Below are positions 50,335-59,870 of a stretch of DNA of 64,000 nt, one piece after another. The stretch is from a virus. The position numbers and the translations under genes are program-made. A model generated the notes under the pieces. That model saw nothing but the letters and a program-made list of their open reading frames with translations. It ran no database searches and was not told where the DNA came from. Position 1 is the first letter of the stretch, and every line of letters starts with the position of its first letter. The stretch is taken from positions 1 through 64,000 of the IMG/VR virus record IMGVR_UViG_3300017986_004441; one strand, given 5' to 3'.

Positions 50335-50706
50335 TTAAAAGGCTACAGCTTCTTGATCTTCTGATTTCTTGTATCTAGATAGCTTTGTAAGCTTTGAAAA
50401 ATTATTTACCCTTACCTTGAAACTATTGTGCTTAACTCCGTCTTTTTCCCAGGAATCGTTTCTTAAGGAACCCTCCACCATGACCAGATCACCCTTGGCA
50501 AAAGACTCTCCAATAATTTCTGCGCCAGTATCCCAGGCTTCACAGTTGATAAAAGACGTAACCTTGTCTCTATCCCCATTAGCCTTTGTGTATTCTCTTG
50601 ATGTAGCAACAGTAAAGTTGACTACAGCAGTCTCTTTTCCTCCAGTATTAACTCGTCGCATTTCTGGATCTCTAGCTAGGTTTCCTCTAAGAATTACAAG
50701 ATTCAT
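50335..50706 (-). CDS. ssb: Single-stranded DNA-binding protein
   Basis: MNLVILRGNLARDPE..NFTVAT..FINCEAW..AE..KGDLVMVEGSL..W; acidic tail ending in F; SD AAGGAG. Confidence 0.95.
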   Translation of the reverse strand: MNLVILRGNLARDPEMRRVNTGGKETAVVNFTVATSREYTKANGDRDKVTSFINCEAWDTGAEIIGESFAKGDLVMVEGSLRNDSWEKDGVKHNSFKVRVNNFSKLTKLSRYKKSEDQEAVAF

Positions 50707-50756
50707 TTAAATCTCCTTAATTATAAAAATATAAAATAACCAAACCAACTGATACT

Positions 50757-50784
50757 ATTATAGCAGAACTGTTCCGTTTGTCAA
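50757..50784 (-). promoter_or_regulatory. Consensus sigma70-type promoter for ssb
   Basis: The minus strand reads TTGACA-16 nt-TATAAT with an extended -10 TG (TGCTATAAT). Confidence 0.85.
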
Positions 50785-52403
50785 GACTGCGGCTCAAAAC
50801 ATTTTTCTACTATGAGGCTATCTTTGTTTTTAGACTTTTTCCCAGTAAAAACTAACACATTGCCTTCAAAAATATGTGTTTTGTATTGTTCCCAAACGTC
50901 AGGAAATAATATGATTGAGTCAAGTATTCCGTATTGGTCCTCTCCAGTTACAAAAGCCATCTCTGATCCTGGATTCTTACCTGTTTTTGTTTTGGTTATA
51001 TTAATAGATGATATTTCGGCAGCCATAATGATATCAGACTTATATGTGGTTTTAAAATCTTTGCAGTTAGTATTGGTTGTGTCTATGTCGTAAGAGTCTA
51101 ATTTTGAGCATGTGATGGCTGTACCCAGTAAAGAATTTTCGGAATCAGACAACCATTCTATTTTATCTACCATAGAATACGGCGGATTGTCTATGGTTTT
51201 TATAAGATTGGCAATGATTTCTTTTCTATTCTTATTTATTTTTTCCTGCAAGAGTCCGACTAATATATTTTTTAAAGACTGATTATCTTTTTTAATATAA
51301 GTATCACATTTTTCTATTTCTTTTTTTGTTAAGGAAGAAAATATCTCATATTCAAATAACATTTCTGTTCTTGTTTTTTTGTAGAAGTCCAAGGAGCCAC
51401 AACATATTAAGGCTTTGGTTGCAGTACTATTGATATTACATAGTATCATAGATAACATTTGGTACCAATTAATATTATTGATATCTATTTGGTCTTTTTC
51501 TATTATTTGTTGCATCTTTTGAAAAACAGAATTGCCTACACCCTTAATATCTGTTAGTCCAAAAAATATCTTGCCAAACTTGATAGAAAACAGCTGATTC
51601 ATATGTCTTATATCTGGTGTTTGGATAATAATATCCATTTCGTTGGCGTTTCTAACGAGCTCTTTTATTTCTTGTTGTGGATCTATTTTGTCTTTTGCAA
51701 ATTTCAAATAAGAAGCAAAAAATATTCTTGGAAAATGAGCCTTGGTATATGCAGATAAGTAGGCATTCATCGCGTATGATATTGCATGGCTTTTATTGAA
51801 AGAATATCTCTGACTTTTTTCTATCCATCCAAAAATCTCTTCTGCCGTATCTTTATCTACGGTTTTTTGTTTTAGTGCGCCTTCAATAAAAGACTTTTTG
51901 ACCTTAGCCATCAGGTCAGCCTTTTTCTTTCCAATAGCCTTTCTTAAAACGTCTGCTTCTTTTAGGTCAAAGCCAGAAACAACCCTTGCTATTTCCATAG
52001 CCTGCTCCTGATATATCATTTCTCCATAACTTTTTTCAAGAGGACTTTTTAAAGATGGATGATAATAATCTACTGTTTCTTGTCCATTTTTTTTATCAAT
52101 ATAATGATTACTTACGCTTTTACCGTCTCTATAGGCCTCAAGGCATCCCGGCCTTAAAATACTAATCAGGCCCGCTAAATGCTCTATATTTCTTGGTTTT
52201 AGCTTTTTGGACATACTTTGACCAAGTCTTGACTCTAACTGAAAACATCCTTTAGTATTGCCAGAGGATATCAAGTCCCAAGTTTTTTCACATTCTAGAT
52301 TAATTTTTTCTAATCTAGGATCAAATTCAATCTTAGGAAAGTCGCCACTATTGTCCAATACTCTAAATTTGCATCCACAATCGAATGTAAAAATTTCAGC
52401 CAT
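50781..52403 (-). CDS. dnaE: DNA polymerase III alpha, C-terminal part (fingers, HhH, OB fold)
   Basis: TKGCFQLES, ILRPG, MIYQEQAM, AD.LRKAIGKKK, YSFNKSHAISYA, FGLTDIKGVG, MAFVTGED. Confidence 0.92.
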   Translation of the reverse strand: MAEIFTFDCGCKFRVLDNSGDFPKIEFDPRLEKINLECEKTWDLISSGNTKGCFQLESRLGQSMSKKLKPRNIEHLAGLISILRPGCLEAYRDGKSVSNHYIDKKNGQETVDYYHPSLKSPLEKSYGEMIYQEQAMEIARVVSGFDLKEADVLRKAIGKKKADLMAKVKKSFIEGALKQKTVDKDTAEEIFGWIEKSQRYSFNKSHAISYAMNAYLSAYTKAHFPRIFFASYLKFAKDKIDPQQEIKELVRNANEMDIIIQTPDIRHMNQLFSIKFGKIFFGLTDIKGVGNSVFQKMQQIIEKDQIDINNINWYQMLSMILCNINSTATKALICCGSLDFYKKTRTEMLFEYEIFSSLTKKEIEKCDTYIKKDNQSLKNILVGLLQEKINKNRKEIIANLIKTIDNPPYSMVDKIEWLSDSENSLLGTAITCSKLDSYDIDTTNTNCKDFKTTYKSDIIMAAEISSINITKTKTGKNPGSEMAFVTGEDQYGILDSIILFPDVWEQYKTHIFEGNVLVFTGKKSKNKDSLIVEKCFEPQS

Positions 52404-52412
52404 TGTATATTT

Positions 52413-53099
52413 CTATTTAAAAGAATCCTTAAATTTAATCTTTGGTGACATGCTTCTAAAAAGTTTCATAAATCTAATTAGAATTTCTGCTGTGTCCTGT
52501 ACATCTTTAAGAGCGTCATGAGCATTTTCTTTAGATAATCCTAGATAATCTCTAAGATTGTCTAATGTATAATTTTTAAGTTCACTATTTCCTTCGAACC
52601 AATAAAATATAACATTCATAACATCTAAAACATCTCTAGGAAAAAACAGATCGGTTTTATTTTCCTTGTTTGTGTTTTTATATCTCTGGCTCAATCTGTT
52701 GATGATTGGCAAATCGAACCTGTTAATATTGTATCCGGCAGCAATCGGGGCACTAAAACAGCTTTTTTTAGTTGACCTACTGTGATACATTTGTAGATAA
52801 TTAACAAACATTTTCCATGCCTGCTCTTGCTTTTGACTAGATTTCCAGTCCTTCAAAATTTGAGCTTTGCTAACTCCTCTAACCTTAGAGTGAAAGTCTA
52901 AAACATCAGAGTCATCATATGTATAATCCTCATTTTCTTCTAGAGCAGATGGTCGCAGAGATATATTAAATTCTGAATCTGGTACTATCTCTAATTTTAT
53001 TGGGTCAACAATAACAGCTGCTATTTGTACCGGACTGCATACATCTGGATTGCAGCCATCTGTCTCTAGATCGAAAACACATATCTTATTCCTATTAAT
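52413..53099 (-). CDS. DEDDh 3'-5' exonuclease (DnaQ/epsilon-like), probable ATT start
   Basis: The frame is open 81 codons upstream of the listed ORF and contains ExoI VFDLETDG. ExoII GYNINRFD and ExoIII HDALKDV follow. An in-frame TGA two codons before ATT bounds it; SD GGAGGTG. Confidence 0.88.
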   Translation of the reverse strand: MNRNKICVFDLETDGCNPDVCSPVQIAAVIVDPIKLEIVPDSEFNISLRPSALEENEDYTYDDSDVLDFHSKVRGVSKAQILKDWKSSQKQEQAWKMFVNYLQMYHSRSTKKSCFSAPIAAGYNINRFDLPIINRLSQRYKNTNKENKTDLFFPRDVLDVMNVIFYWFEGNSELKNYTLDNLRDYLGLSKENAHDALKDVQDTAEILIRFMKLFRSMSPKIKFKDSFK

Positions 53100-53274
53100 T
53101 TTTCACCTCCACTTTGATATCTGGCTGAATAAATGTCCTATCATTGGCATTGCCAACCACATGACAATTAACGCTTCTGCAACAACTAACTTTGACGGTA
53201 TTAACTTTTACATATGTCTTATTATTTAAGTCAAATTGTTCGCCAATAGCGACGTCTTTAAAAGATTTTTGCAT
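53095..53274 (-). CDS. 59-aa hypothetical protein missed by the ORF track
   Basis: MQKSFKDVAIGEQFDLNNKTYVKVNTVKVSCCRSVNCHVVGNANDRTFIQPDIKVEVKN; fills the gap between dnaE-N and the exonuclease; GGAG upstream. Confidence 0.75.
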   Translation of the reverse strand: MQKSFKDVAIGEQFDLNNKTYVKVNTVKVSCCRSVNCHVVGNANDRTFIQPDIKVEVKN

Positions 53275-53277
53275 AAT

Positions 53278-55149
53278 TTATTCTCCACTATGTAGTAATT
53301 GTGAAATAGACATAACCTTATCGAGCATAGCCACCCCCAGAATATCAAATTTAATAATACCAATAGATTCCAAGTCTTGCATTTCCATGCCAGCTATTGT
53401 TGTCTTGTTTTTTGTATCATAAATCATGGGACAGATATTATTTAGGTTGTGACTACTAATAACTACACCGGCAGCATGTTTTGACTGATTTGATTTGGTG
53501 CCCTCTAATCTAATAGCTTGCTCAAATCTTTTGGCAAGGGGACCCTTCAGTGTATTGTCTTTTTCATCAATATAGCACCATTCTTTTAGCTTATCGGCGT
53601 TATTCTCTAGAGCCCATCTAATAATAGAGGCTTCGCCACCATCTTCTTTCATTTCTTGTAATTCATCGGCTATTTTTGCTTCGTCTGGAATAAATTTTGT
53701 AATTCTGTTCATTTCATCAAAACTAATATTTCCATATACCCTTAATACTTCTTTAAGGGCGCCTCTGCCTTTCATGGTGTTAAAAGTAATCATCTGAGAC
53801 ACTTTTGATTCACCATATCTATTTCTAATATACGATATGATTTCTTCTCTTTTATTGATTGGTACATCCACATCTATATCTGGCATAGAGATTCTGTCTT
53901 TAGTATTTCTTCCAGAATTATAAAATCTTTCAAATATAAGATCATATTTTATTGGGTCTATAGATGTTATGCCTATTAAATAGGACACTAAGCACCCAGC
54001 GGCACTGCCTCTGCCTGGACCAGCTAACCATCCACGAGATTTAATATAGTTAACAATATCCGCAACAATTAAGAAATAACTAGAAAGGTCAGCTCCCTGT
54101 AAAACTTCTAATTCTTTTTTGATGCGTTCTACATAAATATTATGGTCTTCTTTTGGTATATGATTTGCAATTTTTTCCTGCCATCCATTTCTACATAATT
54201 GCCTTAGATATTCATCTGGATTCTGATTATCTGGACACTGAAATGGAGGCAATAATGGTTTGTGTAAAATATCATAATCTTCACACATGCTGTCTATATA
54301 AAGTGTATTCTCTACCTCTTCCTGGGTATGTATTTCGTTAATCTCTTTTGGATCAAGTATATAATACTTGTCAGACTTAAAAAAACATTCAAATGGTACA
54401 GATTCTTCGTTGACAATTTTTTTATTAATATTGGATAGCGTAGTTTTTATATTATTGCACAACAATATTCTTTGATCTATGGCATCTTCTTGCTCTGCAT
54501 AGTGTGCATCGGGTGTACAGATAATTTTGGTTTTTGTTAGCTTTCCCAGGCCTCTAACAATGTCTGTAAGCTCTTTTTGTCTGGGCATATTTTGTTGATC
54601 CATTAGTTGTGACTCAAGGAAAAAGTTATCACTTCCAAAAATTTCTTTCATCTCCGCAATAAAATCCACACATTTGCCTTTGTAGTCTGTGGGATTTTGT
54701 TCAACTATATCGGCAATATATGATCCCATATGCCCACAAAATGCAATTAAATTATTATGTGATACTATATCTTTTAGTTTACAGATAGACAATCTTGGTT
54801 TTTTATAGTAATTTTCAGGATCGTTAGATTTAGAAACGATTTGTATTAAATTTTTCCAACCTGTTAGATTTTTGGCCAGTACTATAAAATGTGTTAGGTC
54901 AATATTTTCTTTAGATTTTATACTAGAATCATCGAACGATAAATATAATTCACATCCAAGTATGGGCTTGATATTTTTAGCTTTTAGTGCGGTATGTATT
55001 TGTACAGCACCGGATATGGATCCATGGTCTGTAATGGCACAACTCGGTACTCCTATTTTATTGCACCTATTGGCTATCTGTTCAGGTCTTGACAAACCAT
55101 CCAATAAAGAATAGTGGCTATGCACATGCAAAGGTATATAGTTTTTCAT
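53278..55149 (-). CDS. dnaE: DNA polymerase III alpha, N-terminal part (PHP + palm/thumb)
   Basis: LHVHSHYSLLDG, AITDHG, DAHY, GPGRGSAAG, FERF, SMPDIDVD, HAAGVVIS, IKFDILG. Confidence 0.93.
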   Translation of the reverse strand: MKNYIPLHVHSHYSLLDGLSRPEQIANRCNKIGVPSCAITDHGSISGAVQIHTALKAKNIKPILGCELYLSFDDSSIKSKENIDLTHFIVLAKNLTGWKNLIQIVSKSNDPENYYKKPRLSICKLKDIVSHNNLIAFCGHMGSYIADIVEQNPTDYKGKCVDFIAEMKEIFGSDNFFLESQLMDQQNMPRQKELTDIVRGLGKLTKTKIICTPDAHYAEQEDAIDQRILLCNNIKTTLSNINKKIVNEESVPFECFFKSDKYYILDPKEINEIHTQEEVENTLYIDSMCEDYDILHKPLLPPFQCPDNQNPDEYLRQLCRNGWQEKIANHIPKEDHNIYVERIKKELEVLQGADLSSYFLIVADIVNYIKSRGWLAGPGRGSAAGCLVSYLIGITSIDPIKYDLIFERFYNSGRNTKDRISMPDIDVDVPINKREEIISYIRNRYGESKVSQMITFNTMKGRGALKEVLRVYGNISFDEMNRITKFIPDEAKIADELQEMKEDGGEASIIRWALENNADKLKEWCYIDEKDNTLKGPLAKRFEQAIRLEGTKSNQSKHAAGVVISSHNLNNICPMIYDTKNKTTIAGMEMQDLESIGIIKFDILGVAMLDKVMSISQLLHSGE

Positions 55150-56195
55150 TCTGTACTTCCTGGGGCTTTGTAATGACCTACATTATACCCTGGCATCGTG
55201 TATTCGTCAACCACATTTTTCATGCCTTTGAGCTGTATGTCGTGGGCTACCTGTTCACACATTGTCATCTCATTACCAGGAGAACAAATCTGCCCATCCC
55301 TATATTCTAGTATCGGCATCACATGATCTATGTCTTTAAAAGAATTTTTCCCATAATGGCATAATTTTGTACATTTCCAGGTTTTAGATAGTTTTGGCCT
55401 TTTGGTTTGTTTGATATGATGAAATTTTTGTCTCAATAAATCTTCTGTTTTCTGTAAATCAGATTTGTCAAAACTCATACTAAAAGGTCCACCATCATTG
55501 ATAAAAAAAATAGTTACTATACAATTATCTATTTCTGGGTATAATTTTTGTACAGCATAATAGTATATCATTAATTGAGGGTCTTTTTCTAGTTTTTCTT
55601 GTGTCTTTTCTTGTCCTGTGGCCCAGTCTAGTCTTCTTCCTGTTTTCCAGTCCACAATTTCTAAGGTGTTTGAGGATGGTCTAGTGATTAAGTCAATTGT
55701 GCCTTTGATGGCCAATTTGCCCTTAAGTGTTTCTCCATTAGATAATTTATATTCATATTCTGCCCATGGCTTATCTATAGTGATATCGAATCTCTGTTCC
55801 GGATACAGTATTTCTCTATTTCTTGGGTCAAACATACCATCGGCATATTCAATGGCTTTATATGTCCACTTTCTACAGTCTCTGAAGTCAGTTGTTGTCC
55901 ATTGATGGTGCGTGAAACTAGAAGTATAATATTGATATACTCTTTCTATTATATCATCTAGATTATAATTATAGGCATTAATTTTCCCTAAAATATCATC
56001 TTCAAAAGTCTGTTCCCCCTTTTGCATCGTAAACTTTACGAAAGCGAGTATCTCCAGGGCCTTATGCACTATGGTGCCTTTATCTGCCTTCTTATTAGAC
56101 GGAGATCTATACCCCATGACATAATCAAAGAAGTATTGTTGTTCGCACATGTTGTGCGTATTGTAACTAGAACTACGAAAATATGTAATAATTAT
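55146..56195 (-). CDS. PD-(D/E)XK (RecB/AddB/Cas4-like) nuclease, probable ATA start
   Basis: GTIVHKALE, E.RF, GTIDLI, IVDWKTG, QLMIY; Cys at the N-terminus plus CTKLC..C. The frame extends 15 codons upstream (IITYFRSSSYNTH) to an ATA that overlaps the upstream TAA. Confidence 0.85.
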   Translation of the reverse strand: MIITYFRSSSYNTHNMCEQQYFFDYVMGYRSPSNKKADKGTIVHKALEILAFVKFTMQKGEQTFEDDILGKINAYNYNLDDIIERVYQYYTSSFTHHQWTTTDFRDCRKWTYKAIEYADGMFDPRNREILYPEQRFDITIDKPWAEYEYKLSNGETLKGKLAIKGTIDLITRPSSNTLEIVDWKTGRRLDWATGQEKTQEKLEKDPQLMIYYYAVQKLYPEIDNCIVTIFFINDGGPFSMSFDKSDLQKTEDLLRQKFHHIKQTKRPKLSKTWKCTKLCHYGKNSFKDIDHVMPILEYRDGQICSPGNEMTMCEQVAHDIQLKGMKNVVDEYTMPGYNVGHYKAPGSTE

Positions 56196-56929
56196 GATAG
56201 CACCTCTTTAAGAATTTTATCTACTTCTAATGATTGGTTATAAATATCTATTTCTCTATTATCTATGATGTAATCGAATTTATTCCAGTCATACTTGTCT
56301 TCGTCTAAAATTTGCTCACTAATATGAGATGAATTATATATATTTCTAGTTAATCTGACTACAACACCATTGTTTTTCTGAATACATTCTACCTCGTTTG
56401 GAAATCTACAATCTGTAATGATAGCTATTTGAGGTTGATCTCTGTGTATTTTGGCTATCATAGCATCAGTCCATACGCTTTGCTTGATAGATCTAAGCAT
56501 ATCTGTGCCAATATACTGCATGACTTCTCTCGCTGTCATTTGTGTCTTTTTATCGGGCCAATAACAATCGACTAATTCATTTTTTTTATCATCAGCACCA
56601 TAGCATTGATCATGTGTTAGGCCTAATATGTTCATGCAAATATCTTGTTTCAGAGGGTCTGCAAAGCTATATAGTTTGATATATGGACCTAAGGTGTTAA
56701 GACATTTTGTAATAATATAGTCATTGCTATTAGTTGTACAGGGATTGAAGAGACCTGCATATTCTTTTTTGTTATATAGGTCCGATACTACTATTTCGCC
56801 ATTTTCGTTAAGATTTATCTTTTTTGCTATGTTCAGATTTCCCAAATACTTAGAGTATATAAAATTAGCACAGGTATTTTTGCCAGATTGTTTTTTTCCA
56901 GAAAATGCTATAATTTTTGTATTATTCAT
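56192..56929 (-). CDS. Deoxynucleoside monophosphate kinase (T4 gp1-like)
   Basis: IIAFSGKKQSGKNT, SFADPLKQ, TAREVMQYIGTD, IITDCRFPNE, HISE. Confidence 0.88.
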   Translation of the reverse strand: MNNTKIIAFSGKKQSGKNTCANFIYSKYLGNLNIAKKINLNENGEIVVSDLYNKKEYAGLFNPCTTNSNDYIITKCLNTLGPYIKLYSFADPLKQDICMNILGLTHDQCYGADDKKNELVDCYWPDKKTQMTAREVMQYIGTDMLRSIKQSVWTDAMIAKIHRDQPQIAIITDCRFPNEVECIQKNNGVVVRLTRNIYNSSHISEQILDEDKYDWNKFDYIIDNREIDIYNQSLEVDKILKEVLS

Positions 56930-58079
56930 GAATCAGTTGGGGTTTGATGGTTTGTTGAACTTGTTCGATTGTCATGCTGGCTATATCGGGATATTGTATT
57001 TTTATCTCGTGTACATTATATGTTCTTTCACATTTTTTTCTAATCATAGCCGCAGCTTTTCTTCCGGCTTCGTCATTGTCCATTATAGTAAATATCGTCA
57101 TAGCCCCAGAAGAATCTATAATCATTTTTTGAATATCAGCTAATGACGAACCGAATATGGCTACACTATTATGTATACCTGCTTCTTCCAGTCTCCATAC
57201 ATTGCCTGGACTTTCTACTAAAATAATACTATGACTATTCTTTATATGGTCTTTGGCAAACCAAAAATTATATAAGTGATTCTGTGTTTTAAAGCCACTA
57301 TTATGTTTCCATTTAGAATATAGATATTTCTTGTCTTCTGATGGACAGCTACTTGAATTATGATAGCAATTACATCTATCACATCTGTCATTTGTGGCCC
57401 TTCCCGTACAACCAACCATAAATTTATGGTTTTGATCATATACTGGAACAACAGCCCTATTGGTCATCGGCTTATTTGCATTTTGACAATCTCCAATATC
57501 GTATTTCTCTAGAATCTCTTGGCTGAATCCTCTATTTAGAAAATAGGCAGAAGGGATGTTAAGAGAGTTGACAATTTGGCTTCTTGGTAATTTATTTATA
57601 TCGTCTTTGCGTATATTTTGTACATACCTAACAGCATTTACGAATGTGGTCTTCTCTTTTTGTTTATTGGATACTTTAATGTCTTTTAATTTATTGCCAA
57701 GAAAGTTTTCTACAAAAGATATGGTTTCTTTGAATGTGCAAATTTTGTCCTGGTTATTGTACCATTCATATTTCATATTCGATAAACAGCCTCTCACAAA
57801 ACCAAGTATTGATGGCTTAAAGATTTCTTCGCAATTATGAGTCCTGCATTTCCAGTTGCCTCGATAGCTATCTCCTACATAGTAAAGATTAAGAGCGGAT
57901 GGATTATCTCCTTGATGTATAGGACAATTCATTGCTATCATCTTATCAGATAGTTTATACTCAGAAATATTTAATATTTCCAATAGTTCTTCTATATTAT
58001 CGCAAAGGCTGTCAGATAAAATCTTAAGCTTATGCTGATCATACGAATTCGATTTTGTTGCTTTCATTGTTATCATCAA
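56922..58079 (-). CDS. DnaG-like DNA primase
   Basis: Zn-binding CPIH..DNPSA..WKCRTHNC; TOPRIM IILVES...MDNDEAGRKAA. The exact start is uncertain. Confidence 0.85.
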   Translation of the reverse strand: MMITMKATKSNSYDQHKLKILSDSLCDNIEELLEILNISEYKLSDKMIAMNCPIHQGDNPSALNLYYVGDSYRGNWKCRTHNCEEIFKPSILGFVRGCLSNMKYEWYNNQDKICTFKETISFVENFLGNKLKDIKVSNKQKEKTTFVNAVRYVQNIRKDDINKLPRSQIVNSLNIPSAYFLNRGFSQEILEKYDIGDCQNANKPMTNRAVVPVYDQNHKFMVGCTGRATNDRCDRCNCYHNSSSCPSEDKKYLYSKWKHNSGFKTQNHLYNFWFAKDHIKNSHSIILVESPGNVWRLEEAGIHNSVAIFGSSLADIQKMIIDSSGAMTIFTIMDNDEAGRKAAAMIRKKCERTYNVHEIKIQYPDIASMTIEQVQQTIKPQLIHE

Positions 58080-59505
58080 TTATAAACCCATCCTGCCTGT
58101 TTGTCAAACCTCCACCAGCCATTAATTCTAATCGTGTCTGTCCTTCTGTGATTTTAGCACACCAGCCCTTCATGTGACAATTTATATAGTCATTATCATC
58201 CAATCCTCCTCCATGTCTGCTAATAACAGGCAATAATTTTCTATTGCCATTATCTGGTCCATCTTCTGCAATTTCCTCGTCTGTCTTTCTTTTAAAGATG
58301 GTAAAATTACTACATAGCCATATAATTCTATCAGAACCACTAGCAGTATCTGTACTTTCTTTCGTAATTCCGTCTCTATTTAATTGAACAAAAGCTACGA
58401 TAGGTATCCCATATTGGCATGCAAAATTATGTAATGAAGTCATCATAAATCCCAAAACCTGATATTCTTTAAGGTCTTGACTCATGCCAGCACTATCCAT
58501 TAATTTTAGATAATCATAAAACACAACACAGTCTTTCGCCTTGCCGTCTGGCAGCAAACCCACTTCTTTGACTATCCATCTTCTCATAATAGCTAACTGC
58601 TCTTCGAATGGTTTGCCCGCTATGCTTTTATGATAAAAGGGAATTTCAGACATTTTTTTAGAGCTGTCATAGATTTTTTTCTTTAAGTTTGGTGAATCTG
58701 CAAATTTTCCTGTTTCTATGCTTTGCATATCTATTTCGGTGGACATTGCCAAAAGTCTATGGATATGGTCCTCTTTAGTCATTTCGGTATCCATATTAAG
58801 TACTGGTATATTTAATTCATTGGCGATATAATATCCCATATTATCAGATAGTAATGTTTTGCCGGTTTTGGGTCTGGCGGCAATAACGTTGATAGTATTT
58901 TTTCTAAGTCCTCCCCCTATAGCTTTATCAAACACAGGAAAACCAGTAGAGATACCAATTTGCTCTACCTTGTTATTTTCCAGATAATCTATATATCCTT
59001 CAATATCTTTTCCTATTGCTTCCGGGCCAGATTCATTATCATTAAGCTTAGAAGAGAAATCAAATATAGAATCTTCAGCAATACCAAGGATGGAGGTAAT
59101 TGTCTCATTACCACTAATATCCAAGATCTTATCTTGGGTCTGTTTTAAGTTGGCATGAAGATCTCTCGCTATTTCTAGTTTTTTTATCTTCGCAGCAAAT
59201 TTTCTCGCATTAATCTTTTCTACAGGAAAATCCTTGATTGCTTTGATGTGTTGGGCTTCTGTTTTATTGTTAATTAAGTGGGAGAGTCCAAGTTCGTGAG
59301 ATGCAGAAAATACAGAAGCGATATCTATAGATGAACAAGCCCCTTGTTCACAAACATGCTTTAAGCATTGATACAAATATTGATTACTATCAACAGTAAA
59401 TGTTGTTTCTTTTATAATATCCGACACCTCAAGGTACACACTGTCCCCATATTGCATGATTGAGCTTAGAACAGCTCTTTCTGCAGCCGTATCGCACAGT
59501 ATCAT
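58039..59505 (-). CDS. dnaB: Replicative DNA helicase
   Basis: AERAVL, GISTGF..FD...GG, VIAARPKTGKT, DTEM, YDYLKLM, QLNR. Start placed at the TAATG overlap. Confidence 0.9.
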   Translation of the reverse strand: MILCDTAAERAVLSSIMQYGDSVYLEVSDIIKETTFTVDSNQYLYQCLKHVCEQGACSSIDIASVFSASHELGLSHLINNKTEAQHIKAIKDFPVEKINARKFAAKIKKLEIARDLHANLKQTQDKILDISGNETITSILGIAEDSIFDFSSKLNDNESGPEAIGKDIEGYIDYLENNKVEQIGISTGFPVFDKAIGGGLRKNTINVIAARPKTGKTLLSDNMGYYIANELNIPVLNMDTEMTKEDHIHRLLAMSTEIDMQSIETGKFADSPNLKKKIYDSSKKMSEIPFYHKSIAGKPFEEQLAIMRRWIVKEVGLLPDGKAKDCVVFYDYLKLMDSAGMSQDLKEYQVLGFMMTSLHNFACQYGIPIVAFVQLNRDGITKESTDTASGSDRIIWLCSNFTIFKRKTDEEIAEDGPDNGNRKLLPVISRHGGGLDDNDYINCHMKGWCAKITEGQTRLELMAGGGLTNRQDGFIIDDNNESNKIEFV

Positions 59506-59870
59506 TACGAAGACCCCTTTGAACAACAGTTATTGCATTTATATCGGTTTGCACTATCTACTAATAGTCTTTTGCTGACTGTTTCTTTTTTTCCACAGAT
59601 GCAGCACTGCACATCTATTATAGTGCTTGGTCTAGATCTGGCTGTTGGTGGATATGAAGAAAGTTTTTTATCTATTGCACTATCTGATCTATGCATCTGT
59701 GCCTCTGGCATGCTATCAAATAAATTGGGTCTTGTAGAAGTTTGTTTCGCATCTTTATTTGTGATAGGATTAGTAATAGTATCGGATTCTGTTTTTTGCT
59801 CAGATTGATCTATTACATTAATCATCGCCATCATCAATTCTTTTAATTTTTGTGTATCTATGTCAGCCAT
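59505..59870 (-). CDS. Hypothetical protein with C-terminal zinc finger
   Basis: CCICGK...YKCNNC; coupled to dnaB. Confidence 0.7.
   Translation of the reverse strand: MADIDTQKLKELMMAMINVIDQSEQKTESDTITNPITNKDAKQTSTRPNLFDSMPEAQMHRSDSAIDKKLSSYPPTARSRPSTIIDVQCCICGKKETVSKRLLVDSANRYKCNNCCSKGSS

Noticed and set aside
52403-53278. Intein or self-splicing intron interrupting dnaE
   Set aside because: There are no intein terminal motifs, and the interval is fully occupied by two coupled ORFs, leaving no room for a structured intron.
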